The notes: generated from the sequence alone by a model not told the origin. A DNA stretch of 64,000 bases from IMGVR_UViG_3300028840_001395:310001-374000; one strand, 5' to 3'. Counted from the stretch's first letter, positions 1 to 8,739 are shown. Made by a program: numbers and translations.

Positions 1-1
1 G

Positions 2-643
2 CAACGCGATGTGCCCGACCTGTCGGGGCTGTATCTCGACTCGGGGTACGTCCATCCCTTTGAGATGCTCCAGCACCTTCGGGAACGCAGCCCGTTTGAG
101 TCCGAGCATGTCGATGCACTCGGTTGTCCGAGGGCCGATGACCCCATCCACGGGTCCGCAGTTCCGACCAACCCGATGAAGCTGGGCCTGCACGAATCTC
201 TCTTCGGCCTTGTCGCCCTTCCAGACCCCGGCATCCACCTGGGCAGCACAGCACATCGAGGGCCACGCCAGATGGCCACGCCCCTCGGACATGAGGCGGT
301 CATAGACGATGCGCCACAGCCCGCAGAAGTGGAACACGTCGTCTGCACCCGACCCGGCCAGGGGATAGCGGTTCCAGGGGGTGAACCCGAGCGGAACAGC
401 ATGACCCCAGGCTGCATTGAGCGCCTGCTGGGGGCCAGCACCCTCCTGGTGGAGTCGGAGCACCACCTGACGGCCTGCCTGGCAGAGGGAGAGAGGGCCT
501 TCCGGGGGCGGCACGGCTGGTGGAGCCGGGATGAGACTCACCCGCCATCCATTCTCGGTGGCGTTCTCCTCCAGGGTCTTGAGGGCTTCGATGGTGTCCG
601 CAGCGAGGGCTACCCCTTTGTGGTTGTAGAGTTGCTCTCGCAT
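2..643 (-). CDS. Peptidoglycan-binding-domain protein, possibly endolysin-related (3' end runs off the window)
   Basis: Missing from the ORF track because it has no stop in the window. ATG at 643 follows GGAGG. It translates MREQLYNHKGVALAADTIEALK...FVQAQLHRVGRNCGPVDGVIGPRTTECI, with a PG_binding_1-type GxVDGxxGxxT motif. The upstream LGFTPWNRYP...VFHF segment loosely recalls M15 peptidases. Confidence 0.65.
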   Translation of the reverse strand, partial: MREQLYNHKGVALAADTIEALKTLEENATENGWRVSLIPAPPAVPPPEGPLSLCQAGRQVVLRLHQEGAGPQQALNAAWGHAVPLGFTPWNRYPLAGSGADDVFHFCGLWRIVYDRLMSEGRGHLAWPSMCCAAQVDAGVWKGDKAEERFVQAQLHRVGRNCGPVDGVIGPRTTECIDMLGLKRAAFPKVLEHLKGMDVPRVEIQPRQVGHIAL

Positions 644-669
644 CACGGGCCTCCAATCAGGTGCGGCTG

Positions 670-684
670 ATAGGCTAGCTACCG
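670..684 (-). promoter_or_regulatory. Candidate late promoter CGGT-N7-CTAT (cggtagctagcctat)
   Basis: Lies 26 nt upstream of ATG 643. The same spaced motif occurs upstream of three virion genes. Confidence 0.55.
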
Positions 685-685
685 C

Positions 686-1414
686 TCACACCTCGATGAC
701 CTTCTTCCAGTCGAACCCAGCGTTCTCCTCCCGCCGGAGATAGCCGAACGGGTTGCAGATGAGCCGAGTCTTGCCGATGGTGAAGTCGTGGGAGTCGTGG
801 GTGTGACCGTAGACCCAGACTTCGGGCTGGGCCTCCCGGATGACCCCCTCCATGTCACAGGTGAAGAAGTAGTTCAAAGGCTCACCCTTGAACCGAGGGT
901 GACTCCCCTTGGGCGTCGGGACGTGATGCGTGACCACGATGTCGTCCGACTGGACAGTTTCCGCGAGAAACTGGCGCGAAGCCTGATTAAGTGCCGGGAA
1001 CCAGTCGGTGAACCCTCCGTTGATGATATGGAAATCATTGAGCCTTACGCGATAGGGGTGAGATTCTGGTTTGTCCTCGAACCAGAGAGTGCAGCCAACA
1101 AATCTCTGACCCTCGATGGTCACCGTGTCGTTCTCAAGGACGTGGAGGTTGGGGAGTTCCTCCTGTGCCCTTTGGAGGATACCAAGGATGCCCCGGCGGG
1201 TCGAGTGATAGAACTCGTGGTTCCCCATCACGTACACGACATGCGGCACCCGCTGACAGAGAAGGGTCAGGCAGTATCCGAGGTTGAAGTGGATACCCAA
1301 GTCCCCGGCAATGACCAGGACATCGGTGCCATCGAGAGGGATCTCATCGCAGAAGTACTTTCCCCGATCATGGTGGAATTCTGCGTGGATATCGCTCACG
1401 ATTTGGACTCTCAT
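686..1414 (-). CDS. Calcineurin-like metallophosphoesterase
   Basis: Motifs SDIH, AGDLG, GNHE, THH and GHTH. Start placed at MRVQ (1414), which follows GAGGAGG. Confidence 0.93.
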   Translation of the reverse strand: MRVQIVSDIHAEFHHDRGKYFCDEIPLDGTDVLVIAGDLGIHFNLGYCLTLLCQRVPHVVYVMGNHEFYHSTRRGILGILQRAQEELPNLHVLENDTVTIEGQRFVGCTLWFEDKPESHPYRVRLNDFHIINGGFTDWFPALNQASRQFLAETVQSDDIVVTHHVPTPKGSHPRFKGEPLNYFFTCDMEGVIREAQPEVWVYGHTHDSHDFTIGKTRLICNPFGYLRREENAGFDWKKVIEV

Positions 1415-1448
1415 GTCGGCCTCCTCGACCATTCTACCCTATCGAGAG

Positions 1449-1463
1449 CAATAAAGCGTCTAT
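1449..1463 (+). promoter_or_regulatory. Degenerate copy of the candidate late promoter (CAAT-N7-CTAT) upstream of the helicase
   Basis: caataaagcgtctat ends 33 nt before ATG 1497, with 2 mismatches to the consensus. Confidence 0.3.
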
Positions 1464-1496
1464 GCTCGGGTATCAGTGAGACTTGAGGAGAGGGCA

Positions 1497-4400
1497 ATGA
1501 ACAAGCCGAACGCCAAGCGGGTCAGCAAGCGATACCTCAAGGGCACCATGAAGCGGACGGCTGCCCCCAGAGGGGGAGGCGGTCGTGTCACCCCGAAGAT
1601 GATGGTGGACTTCATCAACTTCGAGGTAGCCCTCGCCACCTACATCCGGTGGCTCGTCAACCAGGACAAGAAAACTGACCCCCTGGCCGCCGAGGGAAAG
1701 GCCATCCTCCGCAAGATCTTTGGCAGGGCCGTCTCCGGCATGGAGAAATACCTGGAGAGCGTGGCCCTTGAAGCCAATCTCAAGCAGATCGGCATGGCGT
1801 ACCGGAAGGCCCGTCGAGGGAAGGACGTTCGTGCCGTCCGGCTGCACGCCGAGTTCTACTCCACCCTCCTGCCCTGGCTCAAGAAGAACCAGAAGCTCAA
1901 GACCACCCTGGATGACCAGCAAGCCGTCGATCTGGCCCGTCGCATCGCCCGTATCTGTCAGGAGGAGGGTCTCGAATCCAGACTGAACCAGGCGGCAGGC
2001 ACCAAGGCGGTGTCCTCCTTCAAGCAGGGCTACAAGTGGATTCGGAAGGCAGCCGAGGCCGTGGGTGCCGGGCTGACCGAGACCGAGCGCGTGTTGGCGG
2101 ACGCCTCCCTGGCGAAGTCACTGGGTGGTGAGCTGCAGGACATCGAGGCCCGCATCGCTCTGACCGACCCGAACACCCCCGAGGCAGCAGACCTGGAAGA
2201 AGAGCGTCTGAGCATCCTCGACCAGATCGAGGATCTGGCGGCGAACACCCCCGACAAGAGCGTCGTCATGGCGACGGCTGCTTCGGCACAGGATGCCGGG
2301 GGGCAGGAGTTCGCCACCGCGATGGGCAAGGAGATGTCGCTCTCCGAAGATCAGGAAGACGCGATGATGGTCCGGGACCGGGGCATCATCGCTGCCGGAG
2401 CGGGGTCGGGCAAGACCCGCGTGCTGGCAGCGAAGGTCGGCTATCACGTCAAGGAGCTTGGCGTGCCTCCAAGTGCCATCCTCGCTACGAGCTTTACCAA
2501 CAAGTCCTCCGCCGAGCTGATCAAGCGCATCGAGGAGAAGGCCGGAGTCAAGATCGGGAAGGGTGACAAGGGTGGCTTCGGCACGACCCACTCCATTGCC
2601 CTGAAGTTCCTCTACAACCAGGCCCGTCCGTTCCTGAGATCCAACGGCTACATCGGTAAGAAGGAGACCTACAAACAGATCAAGCTCATTCGTCTGGCCA
2701 TTGAGCAGGTGCAGATGCCGGGCGGCGGTGAAGACCAGGCCCCCGAGCCGGTGGGATTCTGGGAGGGCAAGGCGGTCGGCAAGAAGTCTCCGGGCAAGAC
2801 CCCGGCGGATATCTCTCAGAGTCCGGACGTTGACCCGCCTGACCCCGATGTGGCGATGGAAGCCGAAAGGCTGGATAACTTCCAGGATGCCATTGATGAT
2901 GCCAAGGGCTACTTCCGTTCCATCATCCGCAATCGAGACAGACGCCCCGCAGGGATGGTCGCATGGGCTGAACGGGCTATGGACCTCCTGGAGCGCCTTG
3001 AGAACATGGACCCGGAGAGCCTCTCCGCTGCGGACAAGAAGGATCTCAACTACTTCTTCGAGAAGGCCCAGAACAGCCCATACGCCAAGGTGAAGAACTA
3101 CCGGGTCGCCAAGGACAAGGACGAGGACGAGGGCGGCGAGAAGAAAAAGAAGAAGCACCAGCTCGATGATTACGTCTACTTCAAGAAGCCCGCAGGGGAG
3201 TGGTTCAACCTGAACCGCACGCTGAGCCGTGGCCCGGAGGGCAAGGAGACTCCCATCCCCCTCGGTGAGTTCAAGAATGCCATCTCCATCCTCAAAGGCA
3301 AGGGCATCAGCCCCTCCCAGGCATGGGCCGGTGAGGGTGGATACGGTGAAGGTTCTGACCAGGCTGCCGTCTATGCTGCCTATGAGTGGCTCAAGGGCTC
3401 CAAGGGAGAGCCCAAATTCGCGGGCAAGGGCGACATGGATGACGCCCTGATCGATGCCGTGACCGCTCTCGTGTCCAGCCCCAAGATCCGCCGCCAGATG
3501 CAGAATCGCTTCAAGGTCGTGCTGGTCGATGAAGCCCAGGATCTCAACCGCGTCCAGCACAACCTGTTCGGCCTCATCACGGGCTATCTCGACCCGCAGA
3601 CACTGGAGCCTGCCGAAGACAAGGGGATGACGGCAGACACCTACACCCTCATCGGTGACGACAAGCAGGCCATCTACGAGTTCCGTGGGGCTGACCCCGA
3701 GGAATTCATTGACAAATCCGACATGACCGACGGTGGTGACGACTTCCAGACCAAGCTGCTGGAGACCAACTACCGCTCGGGAGCCGCCATCGTGGATGCA
3801 GCACAGCGGCTCATCGACCACAACGAGAAGCAAGTTCCGATGGTCTGCAAGGCCCACGAGGATCGGACTGGCACGGGCCAGATCCTCTCTCGACCGATGG
3901 AAGACATCGAGGAAGCCGCCATCAACGTGGCCGAGGACATCGAAGAGACCATGAAGATGGGAGGGGGTGAGGACACCAAGTACGCCGACTTCGGTGTCGC
4001 CCTCCGTTCCAACGCCGAAGCCTACGAGTACGGCCTGGAGATGCTCAAGCGGGGCATCCCATTCAAGTCCAACGCCCGGTTCTTCAACGACCGGAACACC
4101 AAGGCGCTCATCGGCTGGATGACTGTCGTGGAACAGGGTCTCGACTCCAGCAGCAAGGAAGCCCTGAAAGCCTTGGGTGACGCAACTGCAGCCCCCTACT
4201 CGAAGCTCAAGGGTGATACCCTGGTCAAGATGCTGCAAGACCGCGTTCCGAAGGACGTGGGGTGGGGCCGCTGGCTTGTGGAGGGAGGCTACCTCCGCAT
4301 CTACGGCAGGATGCAAGACGAGATCAAGAGCTTCACCAACAACGTCGAGAGAGTCGCAGACATGGACGGCACCCCGTCCTCTCTCGTGGAGCGACTGCTC

Positions 4401-5063
4401 GTAATCGAGGGCCTCGACGGCGAGAGCATGATGGAAGCCCTCGTAAACAACGTGCGGAACGACGATGAGGTGATGTCTCAGTTGGCGGCAGAGTCGGAGA
4501 ACGGTGTCCCCTCCGAGAGCCAGATTCAGAACATGGCGATGGCCCCCATCCAGCCCTTGATGGGCCTGGCGGAGAGCCAGGAAGACCTGAACGGGGCAAT
4601 GCGGTATGTCCGCCAGCTTCAGAAGGTCAACGAGAAGATCACTTCGGCAGACACCGAGGATGAGATCGACCGGGATGCGGTGACCATCGGCACGATGCAC
4701 TCGTGGAAGGGTCTGGAGTGCCCGCAGATGTTCGTCCCGATGGTCGGTGGCAAGTTCCCCCGCACCCGTATCGGCGTCCCCACATCGCTGGGCATTGAGG
4801 AGGAGGGGGCGGTCGCGGAGCAGGAGGACTTTGCCGAGGAAGGCCCGGATCTCTGGTCGGAGCGTCGGCTCGCCTACGTCGCCATCACCCGCGCCGAGCA
4901 GCGCTGCATCCTGCTCGACATCCCGCATCCGAAGTTCGGCACCCACAGCCAGTTCATCACTGAGGCGTGCGCCCCTCTCGATGACAGTGATGAGGAGGGG
5001 GCCATGCCCAAGCTGGGCCAGGAGATCCGAGAGATTCTGGCCCAGTGGCCGGAGGAGTTCTGA
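1497..5063 (+). CDS. UvrD/Rep/PcrA-family SF1A DNA helicase with a long N-terminal extension and an internal insertion
   Basis: Intact motifs: LSEDQ (Q), AGAGSGKT (I), SFTNKSSAEL (Ia), THS (Ib), VDEAQD (II), GDDKQAIYEFRGA (III), NYRS (IV), TMHSWKGLE (V), ERRLAYVAITRA (VI). GAGGAG precedes ATG 1497. Confidence 0.93.
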   Translation: MNKPNAKRVSKRYLKGTMKRTAAPRGGGGRVTPKMMVDFINFEVALATYIRWLVNQDKKTDPLAAEGKAILRKIFGRAVSGMEKYLESVALEANLKQIGMAYRKARRGKDVRAVRLHAEFYSTLLPWLKKNQKLKTTLDDQQAVDLARRIARICQEEGLESRLNQAAGTKAVSSFKQGYKWIRKAAEAVGAGLTETERVLADASLAKSLGGELQDIEARIALTDPNTPEAADLEEERLSILDQIEDLAANTPDKSVVMATAASAQDAGGQEFATAMGKEMSLSEDQEDAMMVRDRGIIAAGAGSGKTRVLAAKVGYHVKELGVPPSAILATSFTNKSSAELIKRIEEKAGVKIGKGDKGGFGTTHSIALKFLYNQARPFLRSNGYIGKKETYKQIKLIRLAIEQVQMPGGGEDQAPEPVGFWEGKAVGKKSPGKTPADISQSPDVDPPDPDVAMEAERLDNFQDAIDDAKGYFRSIIRNRDRRPAGMVAWAERAMDLLERLENMDPESLSAADKKDLNYFFEKAQNSPYAKVKNYRVAKDKDEDEGGEKKKKKHQLDDYVYFKKPAGEWFNLNRTLSRGPEGKETPIPLGEFKNAISILKGKGISPSQAWAGEGGYGEGSDQAAVYAAYEWLKGSKGEPKFAGKGDMDDALIDAVTALVSSPKIRRQMQNRFKVVLVDEAQDLNRVQHNLFGLITGYLDPQTLEPAEDKGMTADTYTLIGDDKQAIYEFRGADPEEFIDKSDMTDGGDDFQTKLLETNYRSGAAIVDAAQRLIDHNEKQVPMVCKAHEDRTGTGQILSRPMEDIEEAAINVAEDIEETMKMGGGEDTKYADFGVALRSNAEAYEYGLEMLKRGIPFKSNARFFNDRNTKALIGWMTVVEQGLDSSSKEALKALGDATAAPYSKLKGDTLVKMLQDRVPKDVGWGRWLVEGGYLRIYGRMQDEIKSFTNNVERVADMDGTPSSLVERLLVIEGLDGESMMEALVNNVRNDDEVMSQLAAESENGVPSESQIQNMAMAPIQPLMGLAESQEDLNGAMRYVRQLQKVNEKITSADTEDEIDRDAVTIGTMHSWKGLECPQMFVPMVGGKFPRTRIGVPTSLGIEEEGAVAEQEDFAEEGPDLWSERRLAYVAITRAEQRCILLDIPHPKFGTHSQFITEACAPLDDSDEEGAMPKLGQEIREILAQWPEEF

Positions 5064-5866
5064 TGGGCACCTACGTTCAGATCAGCCGTGATGAGCTAGA
5101 ACAGTGGATCAGCGGCCTCCCCCTCAAGGGCAAGTGGCAGGTCAAGCCCGGCTATGCTGGCGTCTACCTCCTTCCGCTGGGCCAGAATGTCGGCGTCAAG
5201 CTCTCCTCGACCATCGGGTCCAAGGACGATGCGATGGGTCGGGGCCGGGCCTCGATGCAACTGGCACTCGTGAGCCTGGTGACGAACCAGGTCTTGAACA
5301 AGAAGGCTCAGGGACAGAAACACTTCAAGCGCACCACGAACTGGAAGACCACCTGGCGCAAGGGCTTCGACCGGCTCAAGCAGGCCTACCTCAAGGCCCA
5401 GGGCTTCTACGACGCCATCGCGGTCATCGAGGACCGAGAGAAGTACAAGAACGATCTCCTACGGGAGATCGAGACCGCTCCGGCGTGGGCAGGTCACAAG
5501 ACCCTGGCTGACTTCCACGTCCGACTGGAGAAAGGCGGAGTCCTCACAGCCAAGCAAGTTGGCCTTCTCCGGGCCGAGGTCAGCAAGGCAGTGAAGAATT
5601 CGCCGGTACCGGCAGTGACTCCTGCCGAGCCGTCAGGCTCGCCTATCGATGATTCCCTGGTGGCTCGTCTGCGCGAACTATGGAAGGTCGCTCAGCGGTC
5701 AGGCGATAGCTGGCTCATGGACTTCGCACGGAACATCGGTGAGAAGGTGAAGGCAGGTGAATCCCTCACCCCTCGTCAGGAGGCGGTGATGGAGAAGAAT
5801 CTGAAACGCCATCGCTTGGCTAGTCTGATTCGGGAGCGTCTGGCCGTGGTCGAAGAACTTCCTTGA
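5063..5866 (+). CDS. Hypothetical protein with two short helical repeats (LTAKQ / LTPRQ type)
   Basis: TGATG coupling to the helicase stop, a GGAGGAG RBS and GC3-rich codons. Confidence 0.8.
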   Translation: MGTYVQISRDELEQWISGLPLKGKWQVKPGYAGVYLLPLGQNVGVKLSSTIGSKDDAMGRGRASMQLALVSLVTNQVLNKKAQGQKHFKRTTNWKTTWRKGFDRLKQAYLKAQGFYDAIAVIEDREKYKNDLLREIETAPAWAGHKTLADFHVRLEKGGVLTAKQVGLLRAEVSKAVKNSPVPAVTPAEPSGSPIDDSLVARLRELWKVAQRSGDSWLMDFARNIGEKVKAGESLTPRQEAVMEKNLKRHRLASLIRERLAVVEELP

Positions 5867-6101
5867 TATCTCCGAGCTGAAGAATCTTCCCCCGACGAAC
5901 AACGGCACCCCCATACATCACAGGCTTGACCTTGACGCGCTTGGCGAAGTTGCCGGTCACTTTCTCCACCTCGGTGGTGCGGAAACCGTTGTCGTAGTAG
6001 GTCACAGCATCCCCGGCCTTGACCTTCTTCACGTCCCCAACAGCAGGGCTCCGGCCACTCGCGGCACGGTAGATGACTTCGTATTTCTCATTAGTTTCCA
6101 T
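5820..6101 (-). CDS. Hypothetical protein (93 aa)
   Basis: ATG follows GGGAGAGG, with a TATAGT -10-like hexamer upstream at 6118-6123. It overlaps the previous gene tail-to-tail. Confidence 0.7.
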   Translation of the reverse strand: METNEKYEVIYRAASGRSPAVGDVKKVKAGDAVTYYDNGFRTTEVEKVTGNFAKRVKVKPVMYGGAVVRRGKILQLGDIKEVLRPRPDAPESD

Positions 6102-6156
6102 TGGATACCTCTCCCTTACTATACTCTATCCAATGGAAATTGAACCCCCTAGCGAG

Positions 6157-6885
6157 TCATCGGACGCAGCGGACGTGTCTCTCGTTGTTCTTGTGCGCCG
6201 TGAAGATCCACCCGTGAGAGAAAGACAGCCCCCACAGGGCCATCTCGTTATAGGAGGTCGAACTCCAGTGGATCTCACCGTCCAGGCAGTTTCCTCCGAG
6301 TCCCCCGGCCCAGTAGCAACCGCCCTCGGCACCACCCCCGAAGTTGCAGACCCCGTTGCATGTTGCATCCCAACAGTCTGTATCGTCCAATATGTCCCCG
6401 CTGTAGAACTTGCACTCGTGCGTGAGAGGGCACGACCCACCGGCCTCTACTGCGGGGCAGCCCCGCACCAACGACCGAAGCTCATCGATGGTGGGAAGCC
6501 TCATGCCCATGCCTTCGCAGTAGGTCTCGGCATCCGCGTAGGCGCGATCCTCGTCCGGGGTCTGCTCCCACTCCAGGCCCGTCGCGGGGTCGATGCAGGT
6601 CGAGCCATCGCACTCCAGGGACGTATCCGCGTCCGTGTCGGCGTCGGTGTCCGTGTCGGTGTCCGTATCGGTGTCCGTATCGGTGTCGGCGTCCGCGTCG
6701 CTATCGGCGTCTCCGGCCCCGCAGCTTCCTCCTTCGGGGATGCAGAAGCCCTCGCAGCACTCGAACCCACCCGGACAACCCTCGCTGGCATCACAGGCGA
6801 AGCGAGTCCCGGTCAAGTCCGTGTCCGTTCCACAGCCCGCGAGAGCGAAGCTGAACGCGATCAGGATGGTCAGCCAGGTCTTCAT
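6157..6885 (-). CDS. Lipoprotein with Cys-rich N-terminus, Asp-Thr linker and DUF1566 (Lcl C-terminal, CLec-like) domain
   Basis: Lipobox LAG-C18, a (D-A/T)n linker, and DPATGLEWEQ, AETYC, RLPTIDELRSL, WSST and terminal VRCVR motifs. Confidence 0.85.
   Translation of the reverse strand: MKTWLTILIAFSFALAGCGTDTDLTGTRFACDASEGCPGGFECCEGFCIPEGGSCGAGDADSDADADTDTDTDTDTDTDTDADTDADTSLECDGSTCIDPATGLEWEQTPDEDRAYADAETYCEGMGMRLPTIDELRSLVRGCPAVEAGGSCPLTHECKFYSGDILDDTDCWDATCNGVCNFGGGAEGGCYWAGGLGGNCLDGEIHWSSTSYNEMALWGLSFSHGWIFTAHKNNERHVRCVR
6622..6711 (-). repeat. Degenerate 6-bp coding repeat for the DADSDADADTDTDT... linker
   Basis: About 15 tandem gtgtcg/gtgtcc/gcgtcg-type hexamers. Confidence 0.85.
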
Positions 6886-7694
6886 CAGAACGTCCCTCCA
6901 ACAGCGAGACCCTTGAAGTCTCGATCCACTGCGGGAGCGACTGCGAATGCCGGTTCGTCCACCTCGAAGAAGTAGAGCAAGAGGGCCGTCACCGCCGCCA
7001 CCCCACCCACTCCAAGGATTACTCCACCAGCGATCTTTTCAGACCTACTTTTCTCTTCGATTTCCTGCACTTCGCTGTAGAACGTGCGGGTCGAGGTGCT
7101 CCGGTCAGCGAGACGCTGAGCTTCCGCGTCATCGGCATAACCCACACCTACCAGGACAGCCCCCGTAACCACGAGAGCGCCCGCCGTTCCTGTGGCCACC
7201 CACGTCCAGAGACGCTTCGGTTCCTGGGCCTCCAACTCAGCCTTGAACAGTCGGCGGAAGAGAACCGCCACCGCGTCAATAGCATCTTCCTCTGTGGCCC
7301 CCCGCAGTCGGCCTGCCTCGCGTCGCTCGACCTGGGCCGTCCGGATGTTGATGAGCTTGATGGAGATCAAGAGGGTCTCGCCCACCTTGTCCATCGAACC
7401 CGCCAGGAGCAAGTCCACTCCCAAGGCCCCGCCGATCTCCGCGAGGCAGGAGTCCTCGTCGCAGCCGACCATTTGCTTCTGTTGCTCGTGGTCGAACATC
7501 CTCTGGATGTCGTCGCGCCCGATGACCTGGTAGTCCCGCAGCCGGGCCGTCTCGTTGGCGAGGAACTCCTCGACCACGCGAGCGATCACCGGGTCAACGC
7601 CCCGGCGCACCTTGATCTCCGTCACGGCCAGCTTCGCTGCCCCCGCAGTCAGCGGGATGAGCAGTAGGACCAGGATGGTGAGGATCTTCTTCAT
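6885..7694 (-). CDS. Secreted/membrane protein with a CsgG/FlgO-like N-terminal domain, myxobacterial/deltaproteobacterial style
   Basis: True start is MKKILTILVLLLIPLTAGA (signal peptide). It contains GCDEDSCLAEIGGALGVDLLLAGSMDKVG, two Gly-rich hydrophobic helices and a C-terminal GLAVGGTF. The track's upstream extension overlaps the WGR gene and is spurious. Confidence 0.75.
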   Translation of the reverse strand: MKKILTILVLLLIPLTAGAAKLAVTEIKVRRGVDPVIARVVEEFLANETARLRDYQVIGRDDIQRMFDHEQQKQMVGCDEDSCLAEIGGALGVDLLLAGSMDKVGETLLISIKLINIRTAQVERREAGRLRGATEEDAIDAVAVLFRRLFKAELEAQEPKRLWTWVATGTAGALVVTGAVLVGVGYADDAEAQRLADRSTSTRTFYSEVQEIEEKSRSEKIAGGVILGVGGVAAVTALLLYFFEVDEPAFAVAPAVDRDFKGLAVGGTF

Positions 7695-7705
7695 GTCAGC
7701 CCCCG

Positions 7706-8347
7706 TCACGCGAACTCGATGTCCACGTCGTAGTCGCGGGCGAACTCGACTCCGCCCTTGGGGTCGAACTTGAGCAGTTCGTCGCCGTTCTCGTCCACCG
7801 CCGAGTAGCCCTTGACCGTGGTGCCGTCGCGGAGCACCTTGAGGCTCCGGATGAGGCTCCAGGGCTCCCCCAACGCGAGGAGGTCGCTCGACACCTGGGC
7901 CGGGGTGTTCGTCGCCTGTGCGGGCGCTGACGCCGCCTGGGCCGGGTTGCCGAGCGGGTGGTTGGACACCGGAGCGGGCTTCGGCTTCTTCGGGGCCTTC
8001 GCCTTCTTGCCGGGCTTCGAGGGCGTCGCGCCTCCGAGCTTGGCGATGGCCTTGGCGCTCATCCTGACGTACCCGTGGTCGGTGTAGTCGTAGCCCTTGG
8101 CGAGCTTCTCTTCGGTCTTGTCGCGGAGCTTGTCCCAGTCCGCGAGCATCGAGCCGTGCGGGGGTGCCCCGTTCTTGCCCCAGGCGATCTCGACCGGCTC
8201 GCCCAGGCCCCTGCCCGTGGCGTACCAGTACTTGGACGACCACCCCGACTTGTTGGCCGCGTTGCTCCCGACGTACTCCAGCCGGAACGACCAGGGGCGA
8301 CCCCGGCGGGCGATGTCCTCAGCGTCGTGAATCGTCATCCGTGCCAT
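7706..8347 (-). CDS. WGR-like domain protein
   Basis: SSKYWY...VEIAWGKNG...EEKLAKGY pattern, followed by a Lys/Pro/Ala linker and a small C-terminal domain. The start is coupled to the upstream stop (TGATG). Confidence 0.75.
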   Translation of the reverse strand: MARMTIHDAEDIARRGRPWSFRLEYVGSNAANKSGWSSKYWYATGRGLGEPVEIAWGKNGAPPHGSMLADWDKLRDKTEEKLAKGYDYTDHGYVRMSAKAIAKLGGATPSKPGKKAKAPKKPKPAPVSNHPLGNPAQAASAPAQATNTPAQVSSDLLALGEPWSLIRSLKVLRDGTTVKGYSAVDENGDELLKFDPKGGVEFARDYDVDIEFA

Positions 8348-8472
8348 CACTTGCCTCCCTTGCGCTTGCGCCGTCCAGAGAACGTGCGCTTCCGCTTCCC
8401 CGTCCAGCGCCGGACGATGGTGACCTTGCCGGGCACCTCGACCAGCACCTCGGTCTTGACGCACTGTGCCAT
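8347..8472 (-). CDS. Small basic protein (41 aa)
   Basis: MAQCVKTEVLVEVPGKVTIVRRWTGKRKRTFSGRRKRKGGK, with TGATG coupling on both sides and a GGAGG RBS. Confidence 0.65.
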   Translation of the reverse strand: MAQCVKTEVLVEVPGKVTIVRRWTGKRKRTFSGRRKRKGGK

Positions 8473-8654
8473 CACGCCTCCCCGGAGAAGCGGCCTCGGC
8501 ACGCCTTCTTGTTGGCCTGGTGCTTGCGGTCGCCCATCGTGACCGCCCGTCCGCGCCACTCGGCCAGGGTGCCCCCGGCGGCGAAGTGAGCGGCACGCGC
8601 CCCGCCCCGCTCGACGGAGGTGGCCTTGCTGTTGCCCTGATGCTGCCGTGCCAT
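8472..8654 (-). CDS. Small basic protein (60 aa), first gene of the leftward operon
   Basis: AAGGAG RBS directly downstream of the promoter motif, and TGATG coupling to the next gene. Confidence 0.7.
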   Translation of the reverse strand: MARQHQGNSKATSVERGGARAAHFAAGGTLAEWRGRAVTMGDRKHQANKKACRGRFSGEA

Positions 8655-8673
8655 CGCACTTCTCCTTTCCTCC

Positions 8674-8704
8674 CCTAGACTACTCTGGCCCAGCCCGAAA
8701 TAAG
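8674..8704 (-). promoter_or_regulatory. Leftward promoter-like motif CTTAT-N15-AGTAGTCTAGG
   Basis: One of three copies with identical boxes and spacing, each just upstream of an RBS and start codon. Confidence 0.75.
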
Positions 8705-8739
8705 ACCCTTTCTTTCAAAAAGAATTCGCGCGCGAGGGT

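Noticed and set aside
11-670. 219-aa plus-strand ORF in the track
   Set aside because: It is antisense to the minus-strand gene that has the RBS, promoter motif and PG-binding motif.
2700-3200. Intein in the helicase insertion
   Set aside because: There is no C/S start with an HN-C/S/T end and no LAGLIDADG motif.
2118-4946. 942-aa antisense ORF and similar long opposite-strand ORFs (e.g. 16620-19388, 34942-37401, 45291-47294, 57313-59385)
   Set aside because: These are shadow frames expected from high GC3 codon bias opposite real genes. They show no recognisable motifs.
6157-6300. DUF1566 C-terminus as a diversity-generating retroelement variable region
   Set aside because: CLec-type folds are common DGR targets, but I saw no reverse transcriptase or template repeat in the window. 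A whole-genome search for an adenine-mismatched copy would settle it.
6622-6711. CRISPR-like or non-coding repeat array
   Set aside because: It is an in-frame hexamer repeat encoding an Asp-Thr linker and has no spacers.
7695-8659. Long N-terminal extensions given in the track for ORFs 6885-8243 and 7706-8659
   Set aside because: They overlap better-supported genes. Starts at 7694 and 8347 fit the signal peptide and the TGATG coupling.
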